This document shows, piece after piece, positions 51,041 to 64,000 of a stretch of 64,000 nucleotides of DNA; positions within the stretch are counted from its first letter, which is position 1; each line of letters begins with the position of its first letter. Source of the stretch: Phallusia mammillata (lineage: Eukaryota); assembly GCA_965637545.1 (NCBI GenBank), contig OZ281494.1, forward strand, positions 2,232,001 through 2,296,000. Reading direction: 5' to 3'. Position numbers and translations under genes: made by a program. The notes beneath the pieces are model-generated. The model was given only the letters and a program-made list of their open reading frames with translations, was not told the origin of the DNA and did not search any database.

Positions 51041-54000
51041 TTACATAGTAACGAGTTCGGTATTCGTCCGGCGCACAGAAGCAACACCAGCTTTCTTACA
51101 TTTCTCCAAAGCGCGGTCAATCACAGATGAATAAAGCAACGGGTTGAGGGCGCTGTTGATCGGAAGCAAAACCGCAGCTGCAAGCACATATACGATGTCC
51201 GACAAAACTACACCACCAAGCGACAAAAAACTAAGCATGCAAATTGGAATCCAACAACAGAAATCGGTCAGAAGCAATCTAGATATTCGTTTTTGCATTT
51301 TGGCGCTCGTATCATTGCTTTTTGCCTCGGTCATGCGATTGCTGCGACGATAAATAAGAATATAAGCGACTACCATGAAAATAAACATGACAAAATCTAA
51401 TGTGATGATAAACAGTGAGTATCCCCAAGCTGCATGGCTTTCTGAAGCAAAGAGCCTTGGCAAACACACGCTGGTTTTGGCGTAGTAACCAAAGTCTCGC
51501 TTGATGGATCGCCCTGACATGTTAATGTCGATGACTTGTTTAGCTTCATGCCATGATAGCACTGTGCTGTTGGTGGGTGACATTTGTTGTGCCAAAAGCA
51601 TTGCAGCTTCAAAAGAAACAAAATCACGTTTGTGAACGAAATTAGGAAACCAGATTGTTGTTACAAAGTAACCAGATGCAAAATCAATTGTGGGAACGAT
51701 GGCAATGACCAAAGCAACACACCAAGTGAAGAAACACCCCAATAAAATCCATTTAGGTCCCAGTGACATAGTAAAAATGGGTTCCACACAGACACCAGTC
51801 GGTAGACTGATATCAGTGCCATGGTTAAAGCCGAAGTCTGAGATGAAATGACACACAGTGCACCTAGGATCGAGCATTGTGTGCTTGAACGCCATTCTGA
51901 ATCAAAATAACAATAACTCCCAGAGAACTGGGCACTTTTGGCTGCAACAGCAAGTAAATAGATTCCCATTAACATGTCGGAAACTGATAGGTTAACAATG
52001 AATATTTGATTGCTTTTATTTACACGATTGTCGGTATTCCAGTTTAGATATGTCTTTTTTAGAGTGGTTGCCGCCACTATAAAATTCCCAATCAATCCAA
52101 GGATACCCATAAACCATATAAACGCGTTCAAAATAGGGTTGGCGATCATTTCCTTCTGATTGGAGAAGACAGTGTTACGAGAGCTGACATGTGGACATTC
52201 GTCACTGCCGTCTGAGCAGTCTTTGATTCCGTCTTCCTTGTCAGCAATGGGCACTGATAGCGGATTCCCAGTAAGACAATAAAACCTCGTGTCCTTAAAA
52301 CGATCCTTTGCCTCATCCGATTTATCGTCACAATCGTAGTTTCCATCGCAAACTTTCATGACGTCAATGCTCGACAAATCTCCATTTTTACAAATATAGC
52401 GTTTGGGACAAAGTGATTCGTTGTAGGAGTTGCCTGGAGTTCCATCACATGCCCAGTATTGTGCTGCATCTGACATAAATTGGGTGTCATTGCAGAATGT
52501 TGGTGGATATTGGCAATTATGGCACTCATCAGTAGCACTTAAACATTCAGGTCTTCCATCGCATGCTACACCTAATGTATCCCTCTTGGCGCATATTATA
52601 GCATCAATTTGTGGATAACAATAGTTCGTGTTTAGCCAGTCCAAGCAGACCACAGATTGGTTGCACAGCACATAATCTATCGGAAGGCAATCTGTTTGGT
52701 TGTAGCAGTGCATAAGACCTGGTGGACAAGTTGACTGGGAATCGCCAAGCACAGCTTTGCACACCGTCTGATTCTCGCATAAGCATTCATCTGACAGGTC
52801 GTAGCAATCAATCACGCCATCGCACACCTGATTCCTTGAGATAACGAGTCTCTTGTCCAGGCAAAGGAAGCATCGGAATTCTCCGTTGACGAAACACAGA
52901 TCAGATTTGTCAGTGCACTGGGCGTCTTGATCGTAGAGATTGATTTGTGGCAAGCTGCATGGAAATGTTAACCAATATCCAAGACATTTGAAACTCGGTT
53001 TCGCATGATTGTGGTAGCCACTTGGTGTTATAAATGGACAAAAAGAAACCAAAGCGATTTGATAGTTATTGTTAAGGTTTTGATAAAAGACAGGTGATGA
53101 TAAAGGAGGCCTGTCCTGTGGTCGGCATTGGGGACTGTTGCAAATCCAGTAATTATCAGTACACACTTTATCTTTGTGTCTTTCACACGGTCTGTGATGC
53201 TGAATACAACGTGAAGATTTGTTTACTTGGTACTTCAAATATCTCTCCAACGATTTTTTACTGGTGCAGTTAACAAAAAACTGTGTGCAGCTTAAACCAA
53301 AAGTCTTTATATAATAGTCGCAAGGTTCATCGGTTTGATCAATGCAGTTCGGTGTACCATCGGCCACTGTTGTGTTAGGTATGCATTGCCCAGTAGTCGG
53401 ACAGATCTGATCACCATAGATGCATCCGCACATTACTTGATCACCACTGCATGTGCAATTGGTTTCGTCGCTGCTGTCATCGCAGTCAAACTTCCCGTTG
53501 CATTTTAAAGATAATGAGATGCACTGTTTAGACTTGCACTCAAATTGATCTTCCCAGCAAGGACAGTTGGCTTCATCGCTGTAATCTTTGCAATCATCTA
53601 CCCTGTCACATACGTTCGAACTTGGAAGACAGCCACGCAAACCAACACATGCGGAAATCTCGTAACATACGCATTGAAACTCATTAACTGGGCAAGTGCA
53701 ATTAATTTCGTCTGTTCCGTCTAAACAGTCGTAGATGCCATCACATATTTGTGTCTTTTCATAACATCCCAGCCCATACGTGCAATTACGGTCTCTTGGA
53801 AAACAACCGCATTGGTATTGGTTTGCATTGCAAGTCGCAGTTACATTATTGTCTTCGCATCTCCCGACTGGCGCACATTGAGTCGCATCAAATGTAGTTG
53901 AAATGTTGTCAGGTCTTGTTGCTGGGCAACCACACACGAACTCTCCGTAGTAGCAAGTTTGCAACCAATGCCGACATTCCTCTGTAAAAACAGTTTTGGC

Positions 54001-54326
54001 ACTTAACAGTCATGGGGGTGCAAAAAACTTAAACTAGTTTTTTTTTTTCAAAGGGAGTCGTCAACTACACTTTCTTTTAAACGAACAAGTAAACCGTAGT
54101 GGTGTAAAATTGAACTGCAATAAACAAAATCATATTTCGTTTGGTAAAAATCTGTTACACCAGCTGTGTTGCGTTTTATGACCATACCGTATCATACTCA
54201 CCGTCCTGTATTTCTTAAAAGTTTAACAGGAACAATCAAAATTTACTTACCATAAGTGACAAGCCCGTACGATGGAAAGTTGTTGATCAACAGAACAAAA
54301 GATAACAATAGCACAATCCTTACCAT
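51041..54326 (-). pseudogene. LDLa-repeat GPCR type A', single-base frameshift between TM3 and TM4 (pseudogene or sequence error)
   Basis: Exon 1 54251-54326; exon 2 51041-53981 is 2941 nt versus 2942 in type A. gtaaa-aatggg at ~51775 versus gtaaagaatggg at ~13930 splits the ORF into 767-aa and 284-aa pieces. Confidence 0.75.
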
Positions 54327-56681
54327 ATTTAACCTGCTAAATTATTCATTAATCTAAACAAAAAAGAAGGCACATATTGTCTGCTCAAGCTACCTATCGA
54401 TTCACACCGTTTACAAAACCTTTTACACTGTTTTGGGGATAATTGCAAAGTATCGCTGTTGATGGTGAACAATAACTAAAGTTCTCAGTTATTTAACAAT
54501 TTTGTTACTTTTTACCTTGTGTGATTGCTATTTACAACAAACGAAAAACAACATGAATAGATTGATACGGTAACAAACTTTAGACTTTTTTTTATTTTAT
54601 GTTATTCAACAAAAGCTTCACTCTAGCTCTAAAATGTTAACGTTGTACAAACTGCCGCAATCGCGAGTCACAAAAATATACTAAACCATCTAATGCTTGA
54701 CATAAGCGAAGGGAAGTCGTTGATCAAACGTCATTGCCCTCACATCAATCAAGCTTTACTAGTTTCAAATTATTCAGGCATAACCTGGGGAGAATACTTT
54801 AACTAATCTGCAACGCATAGCAAGTAAGGTTACTTATATGATTAAATAATGCCCACAAAATAATTTTTATCGAAAATACAGAATAGCGTAATTCGCGTTT
54901 AATTTTTTCTCGGGTTCATAAGTGCTCATAACTGTTCACAAATAAGTTATACTTCCAACTGTCTTGTCTGACGTTTTCCGAAACGCTAGTTTTGTCCAGA
55001 TCTAAAATAATTAAATCAGCATTCAAATTGTGCTGTCCCAGATTAAAAACCGCATTTGCAATTACAATTATTTTTGACTACTGTTAGTTTTCTACTGATT
55101 TAAAGATGACACCTTAAACAAGCTTCCACATTTAGGACACCTAAATTATATTAGTCTAAATTTCCTTTCTACATCACAACAACCGCAGTTGGCTCAAAAT
55201 GACAGATTAGACGATTTCCTGCCCCATATGGGTGCTAAGTGCGGAAGGGATATTACACTCTTCCTGCCCTATCTTTTTGACCAGTTGATTTGCTCCCATT
55301 GGTTAAGTGAAACTTGTTTATACGAGACCACCATTGGGCAACCAATTGACAATTAATGATAATAATTCACCCTTACATTATATTGTTTTTGTGTAACTGA
55401 ATAGTTTGCCGATACGTCAGGCGTCCAAAATAAATCTTTTGTTATCCTGCACAACTGAGTGACCAGACAAATCATCGTTGTTTTTGTTTGTTGCGAAGGT
55501 GTCAAGGTAAGGCTTTTCTGCCACAACCAAGACAAATCCGTACAAAGGTTAACATCAGCGCACCTTGTGAGTGACACTGCAATGCAAAGTGCTTTTAAAC
55601 CATTTATTTCAAGAAGCGTTTGACACATAAGAGGAAGCCATTACACATGCCTTTACATCAACAGCTGATCAGCAATGATAAATCATCATCGGTGAGAAAG
55701 TCGGGTTTAGGTGGTGTATTAAGATAATATGACTTCCTATTTAAGTAGTGTGTATGGCTGCAATCTTAAAAAGGAATCCTGAATGTTTTTTATACTAAGA
55801 GTGTTTGAACTGAACAGTATCTGATCTTTCAACAGGCAGCATGGTCATCGACGATCACCGTTTATTTACAAGTTTTACAAATTTAAAAATTGTTTTCTAC
55901 GTGTTTATCCGTTGATACTGATATGCCTAAAACTGTTCACGGATTTTTTAGACATGAACAACTGCCACCATAAAGGGCCAGTGACCGGCTAAAACGTAAA
56001 GTATACTTATTTGTGACAAACCCATTCTTATATAACCAACAACAGTGTCGACTTTCTACTTTTCTAAACTAACAAATTATCGTAGAAGGTAATTTGCAAA
56101 TCGTAATTGTGTTCAGGGTTATGAACCTAATCAATAACATGCCAAACACCTTCTGCATTATATAGCTTTTTTATACAACAAAAGCACAGCTGTGTACAAC
56201 AGCTTCCAGTACGTCATATAATTCACACCGCTCTTGCTCAATCTGCGTCAAGTTCATCGTGACCAAACCATCAACCACTTTACCGACCAAACCGTTGGGA
56301 ATTTCCCTTCGCTGGTTGGAATTGTTTCTCAAGGTTATGGCCAAATTACTCGGGTTGGAACATTTTGACACATAGTCTCTACTGCATGGTGTCTTCATAT
56401 CGAGGACTAAACGCCGTAAGTTTGCTTAAGAACTATGACATATCAACATACGCGAGTAAATTTACATCTGAATTCTTTGGAAATCTCAACGTATCAACGT
56501 CTACCTATTCAGGTACAAGAGCGCGAATCGCGTTTCAGCAAACTTAGGGTTTTTCTTTACATTTCAGGCCAAGTTTGGAATGTTCCTTTACATTTTTAAA
56601 TCCCACTGAGCAGACAACAGCTCGTTGCGCACATTCTTTTTCTTTATTTTAACCCATGACCCCGCGGGGCAGGCAACGGAT

Positions 56682-56928
56682 CAGTGGTTCCCAACCAGGG
56701 CCCATGGCCCCCCAGGGGGTCCACGAGCTATGTTCCGGGGGGCCACGGGTGTAGATTTACAAGAAACACCCACTAAAAGTCATTTTCACTTATTCCCGAA
56801 TTTATTCGACTATTTCACACACTATTTGTTGATAGTGAGGTTATCACGTCATTACTCTATTAGACCTGTTTAAGGCCAAAATTAATACTTTAAGGGGGCC
56901 ATCGTCCACGAAAGGTTGGGAACCACTG
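56682..56928. mobile_element. hAT MITE family 2, duplicated copy
   Basis: Same TIRs and TSD as 18837-19084. Confidence 0.9.
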
Positions 56929-57528
56929 CAACAGATCATTGCAAAGCGTTGAGTCTAACTCATGGAAAAATATCACGTTCTATTAGTGTTCAACAATTTG
57001 GGATCAAATAGTTTTAATTAGTGATTCAACAGTGTCGAGCCGATGCTAAACCCATTCATTTTTCCTTTGTGTGTTTTTAAAATGAATTTTCCTTTAAAAT
57101 ACTTGCGTTTCCGGTAACAAACTGAACTACAACCATATTACTTGCTGCAAAAGCACACATCAAAAGGCAATAAGGCAAACAGTAGGCTAAGATAGTCAGT
57201 TACTCTGAGTTTAAATTGCTAAGACTGGTTTTAAATTTATATGTTTGTTTCCTGGCAAACCCTTTATTAGTAATATTCTTTTAGAAACCTAAAAAAGTAG
57301 GTTTTGTTGTTCCTTGGCAAACTTTTGTTTTGATTATCCAAGGTATGTATTGATTTTGAACAAATCAAACCTGTACAAAAATGTAGCAAGAACATCAGTT
57401 TCAAGCACATCACCTAAAAGCAAAAAGAAAAACGTTTACACAAAAAGAATTAAGGGCAAAATAGAAAGGGTATATTCAATATATCGGTAACCTTTTGACA
57501 CTAGTACGACACAAGAAATTCACGATGG

Positions 57529-60500
57529 TCACATAATAACGAGTTCGGCAGAAGGCACGCGACATTTCTTACATTTGGCTAGTGCGCTGTCAATCACAGA
57601 CGAATAAAGCAACGGGTTGAGGGCGCTGTTGATTGGAAGCAAAACCGCAGCTGCAAGCACATAAACGATATCTGACATTATTACACCAGCAAGTGACAAA
57701 GAACTGAGGATGCAAATCGGAATCCAGCAACAGAAATCCGTCAGAAGCAATCTGGATATACGCTTTTGCATTTTGGCGCTCGTATCATTGTTTCTTGCCG
57801 CAGCCATGCGATTGCTGCGTCGATAGATAAGGACATAAGCGGCAACCATGAAAATAAACAAGACAAAATCGACTGTGATAATAAACAGTGAATATTCCCA
57901 AGCTGCATGGCCACTTGAAGCAAAAAGTCTTGGCAAACACACGCTGGTTTTGGCGTAGTAACCAAACTCTCCTTTGATTGATTGGCCAGACATGTTACTG
58001 GCGATGACTCGTTTAGCTTCATGCCATGATAGCACGGTGCTGTTAGTGGGTGACATGCGTTGTGCCAAACTCATTGCAGCTTCAAAAGAAACAAAATCAC
58101 GTTTGTGAACGAAATTAGGAAACCAGATTTTTGTTACAAAGTAACCAGATACAAAATCAATTGTGGGAATGATGGCAATGACCATAGCAACACACCAAGT
58201 AACGAAACACGCCAAAATAATCCACTTAGGCCCAAGTGACATAGTGAGAAATGGTTTGTAGACAGATACAAGTCGATAAGCAGATATCAATGTCATGGTT
58301 AAAGCCGAAGTCTGAGATGAAATGACGCACAGTGCGCCTAGGATTGAGCATTGTGTGCTTGAACGCCATTCTGAATCAAAATAACAATAACTCCCAGAGA
58401 ACTGGACACTTTTGACTGCAACAGCAAGTAAATATATTCCCATTAACATGTCGGAAACTGATAGGTTGACAATGAATATTTGAGTGCATTTATTTACACA
58501 ACTGTCGGTATTCCAGTTTAGATATGTCTTTTTAACTGTGGTTGCAGCCACTATGAAATTCCCAATCAATGCAAGTATGCCCATGATCCATATAAACGCG
58601 TTCAAAATAGGGTTGGCGATCATTTCCTTCTGATTGGAGAAGACAGTGTCACGAGAACTGACAGGTGGACATTCGTCACTGCCATCCGAGCAGTCTTTGA
58701 TTCCGTCTTCCTTGTCACGAATTGGCACTGAGATTGGATTACCACTTAGACAATAAAATCTCCTGTCCTTACAACGAATCTTTGCCTCATCCGATTTATC
58801 ATCACAGTCGTAGTTTCCATCGCAAACTTTCATGACGTCAATACTCAACAAATCTCCATTGTTACAAATATAGCGTTTGGGACAAATTGATTCGTTATAG
58901 GATCTGTCTGATGTTCCATCGCACGTCCAGAGCTTTGCGGCAACTGACATAAATGCGGTATCGTTACAGAAAGCTGGTTGGTTGAGGCAGTTATGGCACT
59001 CATCAGTAGCACTTAAACATTCAGGTCTTCCGTCGCATGCTACACCTAATGTTTTTCTCTCGGCACATATTATAGTGTCAATTTGTGGATAGCAATAGTT
59101 CGTGTTGAGATAGTTCAAGCAGACCACAGATTGGTTGCACAACACAGAATCTATTGGATGGCAATCTGTTTGGTTGTAGCAGTGCATATGACCTGGTGGA
59201 CAAGTTGACTGGGAATCGCCAAGCACAGCTTTGCACACCGTCTGATTCTCGCACAAGCATTCATCTGACAGGTCGTAGCAGTCAATCACGCCATCGCACA
59301 CCTGATTCCTTGAGATAACCAGTCGCCTGTCCAAGCAAAGGAAGCATCGAAATTCTCCGTTGACGAAACAGAGATCGGATTTGTCAGCGCACTGGGCATC
59401 TTGGTCGTAAATATTTATTTGTGGCAAGCTACATGGCAATGTTAACCAATACCCAAGACATTTGAAACTGGGGTATGCGTGAATGCTATCACCTGGTGTT
59501 ATAAATGGACAAAAAGCACCCAAAGCAAATTGAATGATGTTGTTATAATCCTGATATAAGACAGGAAATTGAGATGTGGGAACGTTGTCCGGTTGGCATC
59601 GAGGAATGTTGCAAATCCAGTAGTCATCAATACAAACTTGATCTTTGTGTCCTTCACACGGTCGGTGATGCTGAATGCAATGTAAAGAATTGTTGGGTTG
59701 GTATCTCACAAATCTCTCCATCGATTTTTTATTGGTGCAGTTTAACAAGGTGTGCTCGCATTTTAAACTATACGAACGTGCATAGTAGTCACAAGGTTCA
59801 TCGCTTTGATCAATGCATTGCGGTACACCATCTCCAACTGATGTGTTAGTTATACATTGCCCAGTTGGTGGGCAAATCTGTTCTTCATAGATGCATCCGC
59901 ACATAACTTGATCACCGCTACACGTGCAATTGGTTTCGTCGCTGCCGTCTTTGCAGTCAAAATTTCCGTTGCACTTCAAAGATAATGGGATGCATTGTTT
60001 GGACTTGCACTCAAATTGATCTTCCCAGCAAGGACAGTTGACTTCATCGCTGTAATCTTTACAATCATCAATCCTATCACATACCTCCGAGCTTGGCAGA
60101 CAGCCACGGAAACCAACACATGAGGAACTTTCGTAACATGCACATTGAAACTTATCAACTGGGCAAGTACAATTTACTTCGTCTGTTCCATCTAAACAGT
60201 CGAAGATGCCATCACATATTTGTGTCTTTTCATAACAACCTATCCCTTTCGTGCAATTACTGTCTCTTGGAAAACAGCCGCATTGGTATTGGTTTGCATT
60301 GCACTCCGCAGTCAAATTGTAGTCTTCGCATCCGCCAACTGGCGCACACTGAGTCGCATTAAATGTAGTTGCCGTGTTGTTCGGTCTTGTTGCTGGGCAA
60401 CCACACACAAACTCTCCCTTGTTGCACGTTTGCAGCGAATATCGACATTCTTCTGTAAAAAAGCTGTCGCATTTAATATTTTTAGAACCACTGTATTTTT

Positions 60501-60780
60501 TGAGGGAATCGTTATCTACCCTTATAATAAGCGAACAAGTAAATTACAGTGCTGTAAAATTAAACTGCGTTTAAAATAATAATATTTTGCCTGGTTAAGT
60601 TGTATTCTCATGTTTTATGACTATGGTTGTTTACTCTATACTATTCACAACACTGTTTATTTTATTTTAGCATGTTAATCCAGGAAGAAACACGATTTGC
60701 TTACCAAAAGTGACAAGCCCGTACGATGGTAAGCTGTTGATCAACAGAACGAAAGATAACAAAAGCACTCTCCTAACCAT
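57529..60780 (-). CDS. LDLa-repeat GPCR without LRRs, type B' (999 aa, 2 exons)
   Basis: Exon 1 60705-60780 and exon 2 57529-60452. Near-identical to 19684-22935 apart from scattered substitutions and a type-A tract. Confidence 0.93.
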
Positions 60781-63593
60781 ATTTACCCTGCTATATTATT
60801 TATTAATCTAAACTCAAAAGAAGACACGTATTGGCGACACAAGCAACGTATCAATCCGACGATAACAAAACGTTTTCAAAATTGTAGGCTATACTGTTTT
60901 TGAAAACAATTAAATCACTATTTGTTGTGTACAATAACTAAGCTGTTCATTTTTTGACCACCTTGTTACGTTTTTACTTCTGTCAGAATTTCACATAAAA
61001 CAATTATTTCATTCAAGCCCTAAGATGTTACCCTCCTTTACAAACTGACCCGATCGTGAGCCACAACAATCTACTAAACGATCTAATGCTTGGCATGAGC
61101 AGGGGAAGTCGCTGACCGTACGTTATTGCCCACACATCAATCAAGAGTTACTCGATTCAGATTATCCAGGCGAAACCCGGAAGAATGCTTTATCCAATTT
61201 GCAACACATAGCAAGTAAAGTTGTTTATTTGATAAAATACTGTCAACGAATTGATTTTTGTCGAAAAGCTCAGCCGATAGGAGCGTTTAATCTTTTCTCG
61301 GGTTCATGGGTGCTCAGTTTGGTCCAGATCACGTAAAGTATTTAAGTTGTGCTGTTTCAAATTGAAAACCTTTTTTCTATCTTTCACAAATATGTCACTT
61401 TGGTGCAAATCCCTTCACATTTCATAGCAACCACGGTTTTTGCTGATAATAACAAATTTGACGACTTCCTGTCCAATACGAGTGAAAAGTGCAGATGGGA
61501 TATCACAAGCTTCCTGCCTATACCCTTGTTGTACCCTTTTGACCAGATTTGGCCGCATTGGTTAAGTAAAACTTGTTTATATGAGACCACCATTGATCAA
61601 CCAAGTGACAAATAATGTGAATAGTTCATCCTTCTGATATCGTATTTTTTTCTGTTACTGAACAGTTTGCCGATACAATAGGTGTCCAAAACAAATCTCT
61701 TTTTGTGAATCTCTTTTACTATCTTGCACAAATGAGTGACCACATAAATTATCGCTGTTTGAAATCGGCAACACAAGAAAATGCGTTAAATTGTTTGCTA
61801 CAACCAAGACGAATCTGTACAAAGGTGAACAGCAGCAGACCTTGCAAGTGATACTGCCATGAAAAGTCCTTTTTAACTATTGATTTCAAGTATCGTTCAA
61901 AATATAAGAGAAAGCCGTAGACATGTATCCGGTCTTCACATCAACAACTGATCGGCAATGATTATAATCATCTGTAAGCGAAGCCGGGTTTAGTACTTGC
62001 GGTTAAACTGGTGTATTAAGATTATATGACTTCCTTTTAAGAAGAGTATATGGCTGCATCAGTAATAGTTTAATATGCTTCCATTTAGTGACTGTGCTCC
62101 GGCCAAATCTCTTTTTGTCTACGTTTCAAATTTGGCACCAAAACGGGTCATGTTTCAACGTCGCTAAAGAACTCAGGCGCAACGTGTTGCAACTATTTGT
62201 TGCCGGGCTAGCGGGGTTCGAGCTTGTAACAAAACAGATAAACTAGCCTTGAAGTGTAATAAAAAATAAAAAATTTCCGGCAACTTAACTTCCTACATTT
62301 AAAACTGAATGAAGCAAAACTTTCCGCAATTCTGATAGCATTACAAATTGAAAATTATTTTTTACGTGTTTAAGCATGATAATTATCAGTTGCAAGAACT
62401 AAACTGTACTTGGAATTTTTGGACATGAACAACCGCGGCAATAAAGGACCAGTTATCTTGCTGAAACGTAAACTTTCCTTCTTTGTGACAGATCCACTCT
62501 CATATAACCAACAACAGTGTCAACTTTCTATCTTTTTAAACTGACAAACTGTCGTAGAAGATGATTAGGAAATAAAATACTTTTGGTACTGATTGGTAGC
62601 GGTAACATGCCAAATATCTGCGTTACTATGGCTTATTAGTAATAAGCCTTATTAGTAATAAGTAATAAGTAATAGGTTATTACACAACGAAAGCAAAGCC
62701 ATTAAAAACAGCTTCAAGTAAGGTTATATCGCGACCCGAAAACTAGATCAAATTCCGGGACTGTCAAACCAATTCGATAACATTCGTCTCGCTCCTGCAT
62801 CTACAACATAAATGATATTTGTAGTTCTTGGGGAGTCTAGAATTTGGCAAAAGGTTTGCTAGCTGGAATTGTTTCTAAAGGTTTACTCGGGTTTGAATAA
62901 TTAAAAAAAAGTATTTTTGGACATAGTCTCTACTGGGCGGTGCCTTTATTTTAAGGACTAAATGCCGTAAGTTTGCTTAAGAAATATGACACACGAATAT
63001 ACACGAGATCAAATCCCACCCAACAAGAAACAGAATGTCGCAGAGCATTTTTGCATTCCATAGCTATTTACCTGTTTTGCTTTTGCCCATGAACGCGCGA
63101 GGAAGGCAACAGATACTTGTAAAGCGTTGAGTCTGACTGATAGCGACATGGAATCACTAGCTTTTCTTAAAGCAACATTTGAAACGTGGAGAAAAAGTTG
63201 TGGGATACGCCCAAACGTTGCATGCAAACATGGTATAAGCCACCACTTAGTTTGAAACTTTCAAGTTTCAAATTTAATTCTGCAATTTTGTTGTAGTGAT
63301 TTATAGGAAAACAAGCAAGTTCTATTCGTATTCAAAAACTGGGAATAAATATTTTAATTAATTATGCAACAGTTTCGAGCAGATGCTAAACCCATTCAAT
63401 TTTCCTTTGTTTGTTTTAAACTGTACTTTCCTTCAAAATACACCACTCCACGGTAATAAATTGAACTACAAACTTTCCACTTGTTTCAACGACAACGATT
63501 AAATATAAATTATAAAGTTTAAATTCTAAGACTGGTTTCAAATTTCAATATTTGTTTGCTGTCAAACTATTTGTTAGTAACCGTCTTGTAGAA

Positions 63594-64000
63594 CAGGCCT
63601 GTCAAACTCGCGGCCCACGAAGCCCTCCAATGCGGCCCATGAACAGTCAACAGCAATTGTAATATTTTGTCCGATTTTTATCTAATTATACTAAATTTTT
63701 CTTACTTTTCAAAGTGAAACCTATTATTCAAACAGACATTTACCGAAATTGAATTTATAGATACAAATCCATATGTTATGAATAGAAACGATAGTAATTA
63801 GAATTCCTTTGCCAAAACATTTGATTTTCAAACTGCCCTAAACAGATTTTGTGTTACTGAAAAGAGTATTACCAGGCTAGCAGCCATATGCGTCTGACTT
63901 TTGTAGGCCTATTATGTGCAAACAATGCGAAAAACAGGTATGAAATGCGTCACAATATAGATTATGACGTAATAAACAGTTAAAACTGATCTTCACACTG
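63594..64000. mobile_element. hAT MITE family 3, left part (truncated by the window)
   Basis: TTGTAGAA followed by CAGGCCTGTCAAACTC; collinear with the element starting at 25750. Confidence 0.88.

Larger units (their letters stand above)
50760..64000. repeat. Segmental duplication, copy 2 (runs off the window end)
   Basis: Collinear near-identity with 12919-26173. Confidence 0.92.

Noticed and set aside
13198-60579. Dozens of 60-120 aa ORFs overlapping the GPCR genes on other frames or strands
   Set aside because: They recur only because the host genes are duplicated and are shadows of Cys/Asp-rich codon usage. No independent motifs or splice support.

Overview
AT-rich, intron-containing animal DNA. 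The gene families and short introns suggest an ascidian/tunicate, which is an inference only. The window is dominated by a tandem, patchily homogenised array of LDL-receptor-class-A (LDLa) repeat GPCRs with an RXFP/GRL101-like 7TM but no leucine-rich repeats. There are five intact copies, one frameshifted copy and one inverted 5'-deleted fragment, in three sequence types (A, B, C). Each complete gene has a 76-nt signal-peptide exon missed by the ORF track, a short phase-1 intron and one ~2.9-kb exon. The types share a fixed cysteine scaffold, differ strongly in a ~110-aa non-LDLa module, and exchange patches in a gene-conversion-like pattern. By reading splice sites I also reconstructed: a 15-exon C-type-lectin/FN3-like type I membrane gene whose lectin domain is split by an in-frame three-exon cassette; its inverted, truncated paralogue; an 8-exon galactose-lectin (SUEL) adhesion GPCR; a 5-exon tail-anchored sulfotransferase-family gene; and a partial small single-pass membrane gene. 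The first ~18 kb is an old inverted duplication with reciprocal gene loss. 50760-64000 is a recent near-identical copy of 12919-26173. Four hAT-type MITE families have 8-bp TSDs, three of them with visible empty sites in paralogous units. No rRNA, tRNA or CRISPR features are supported.
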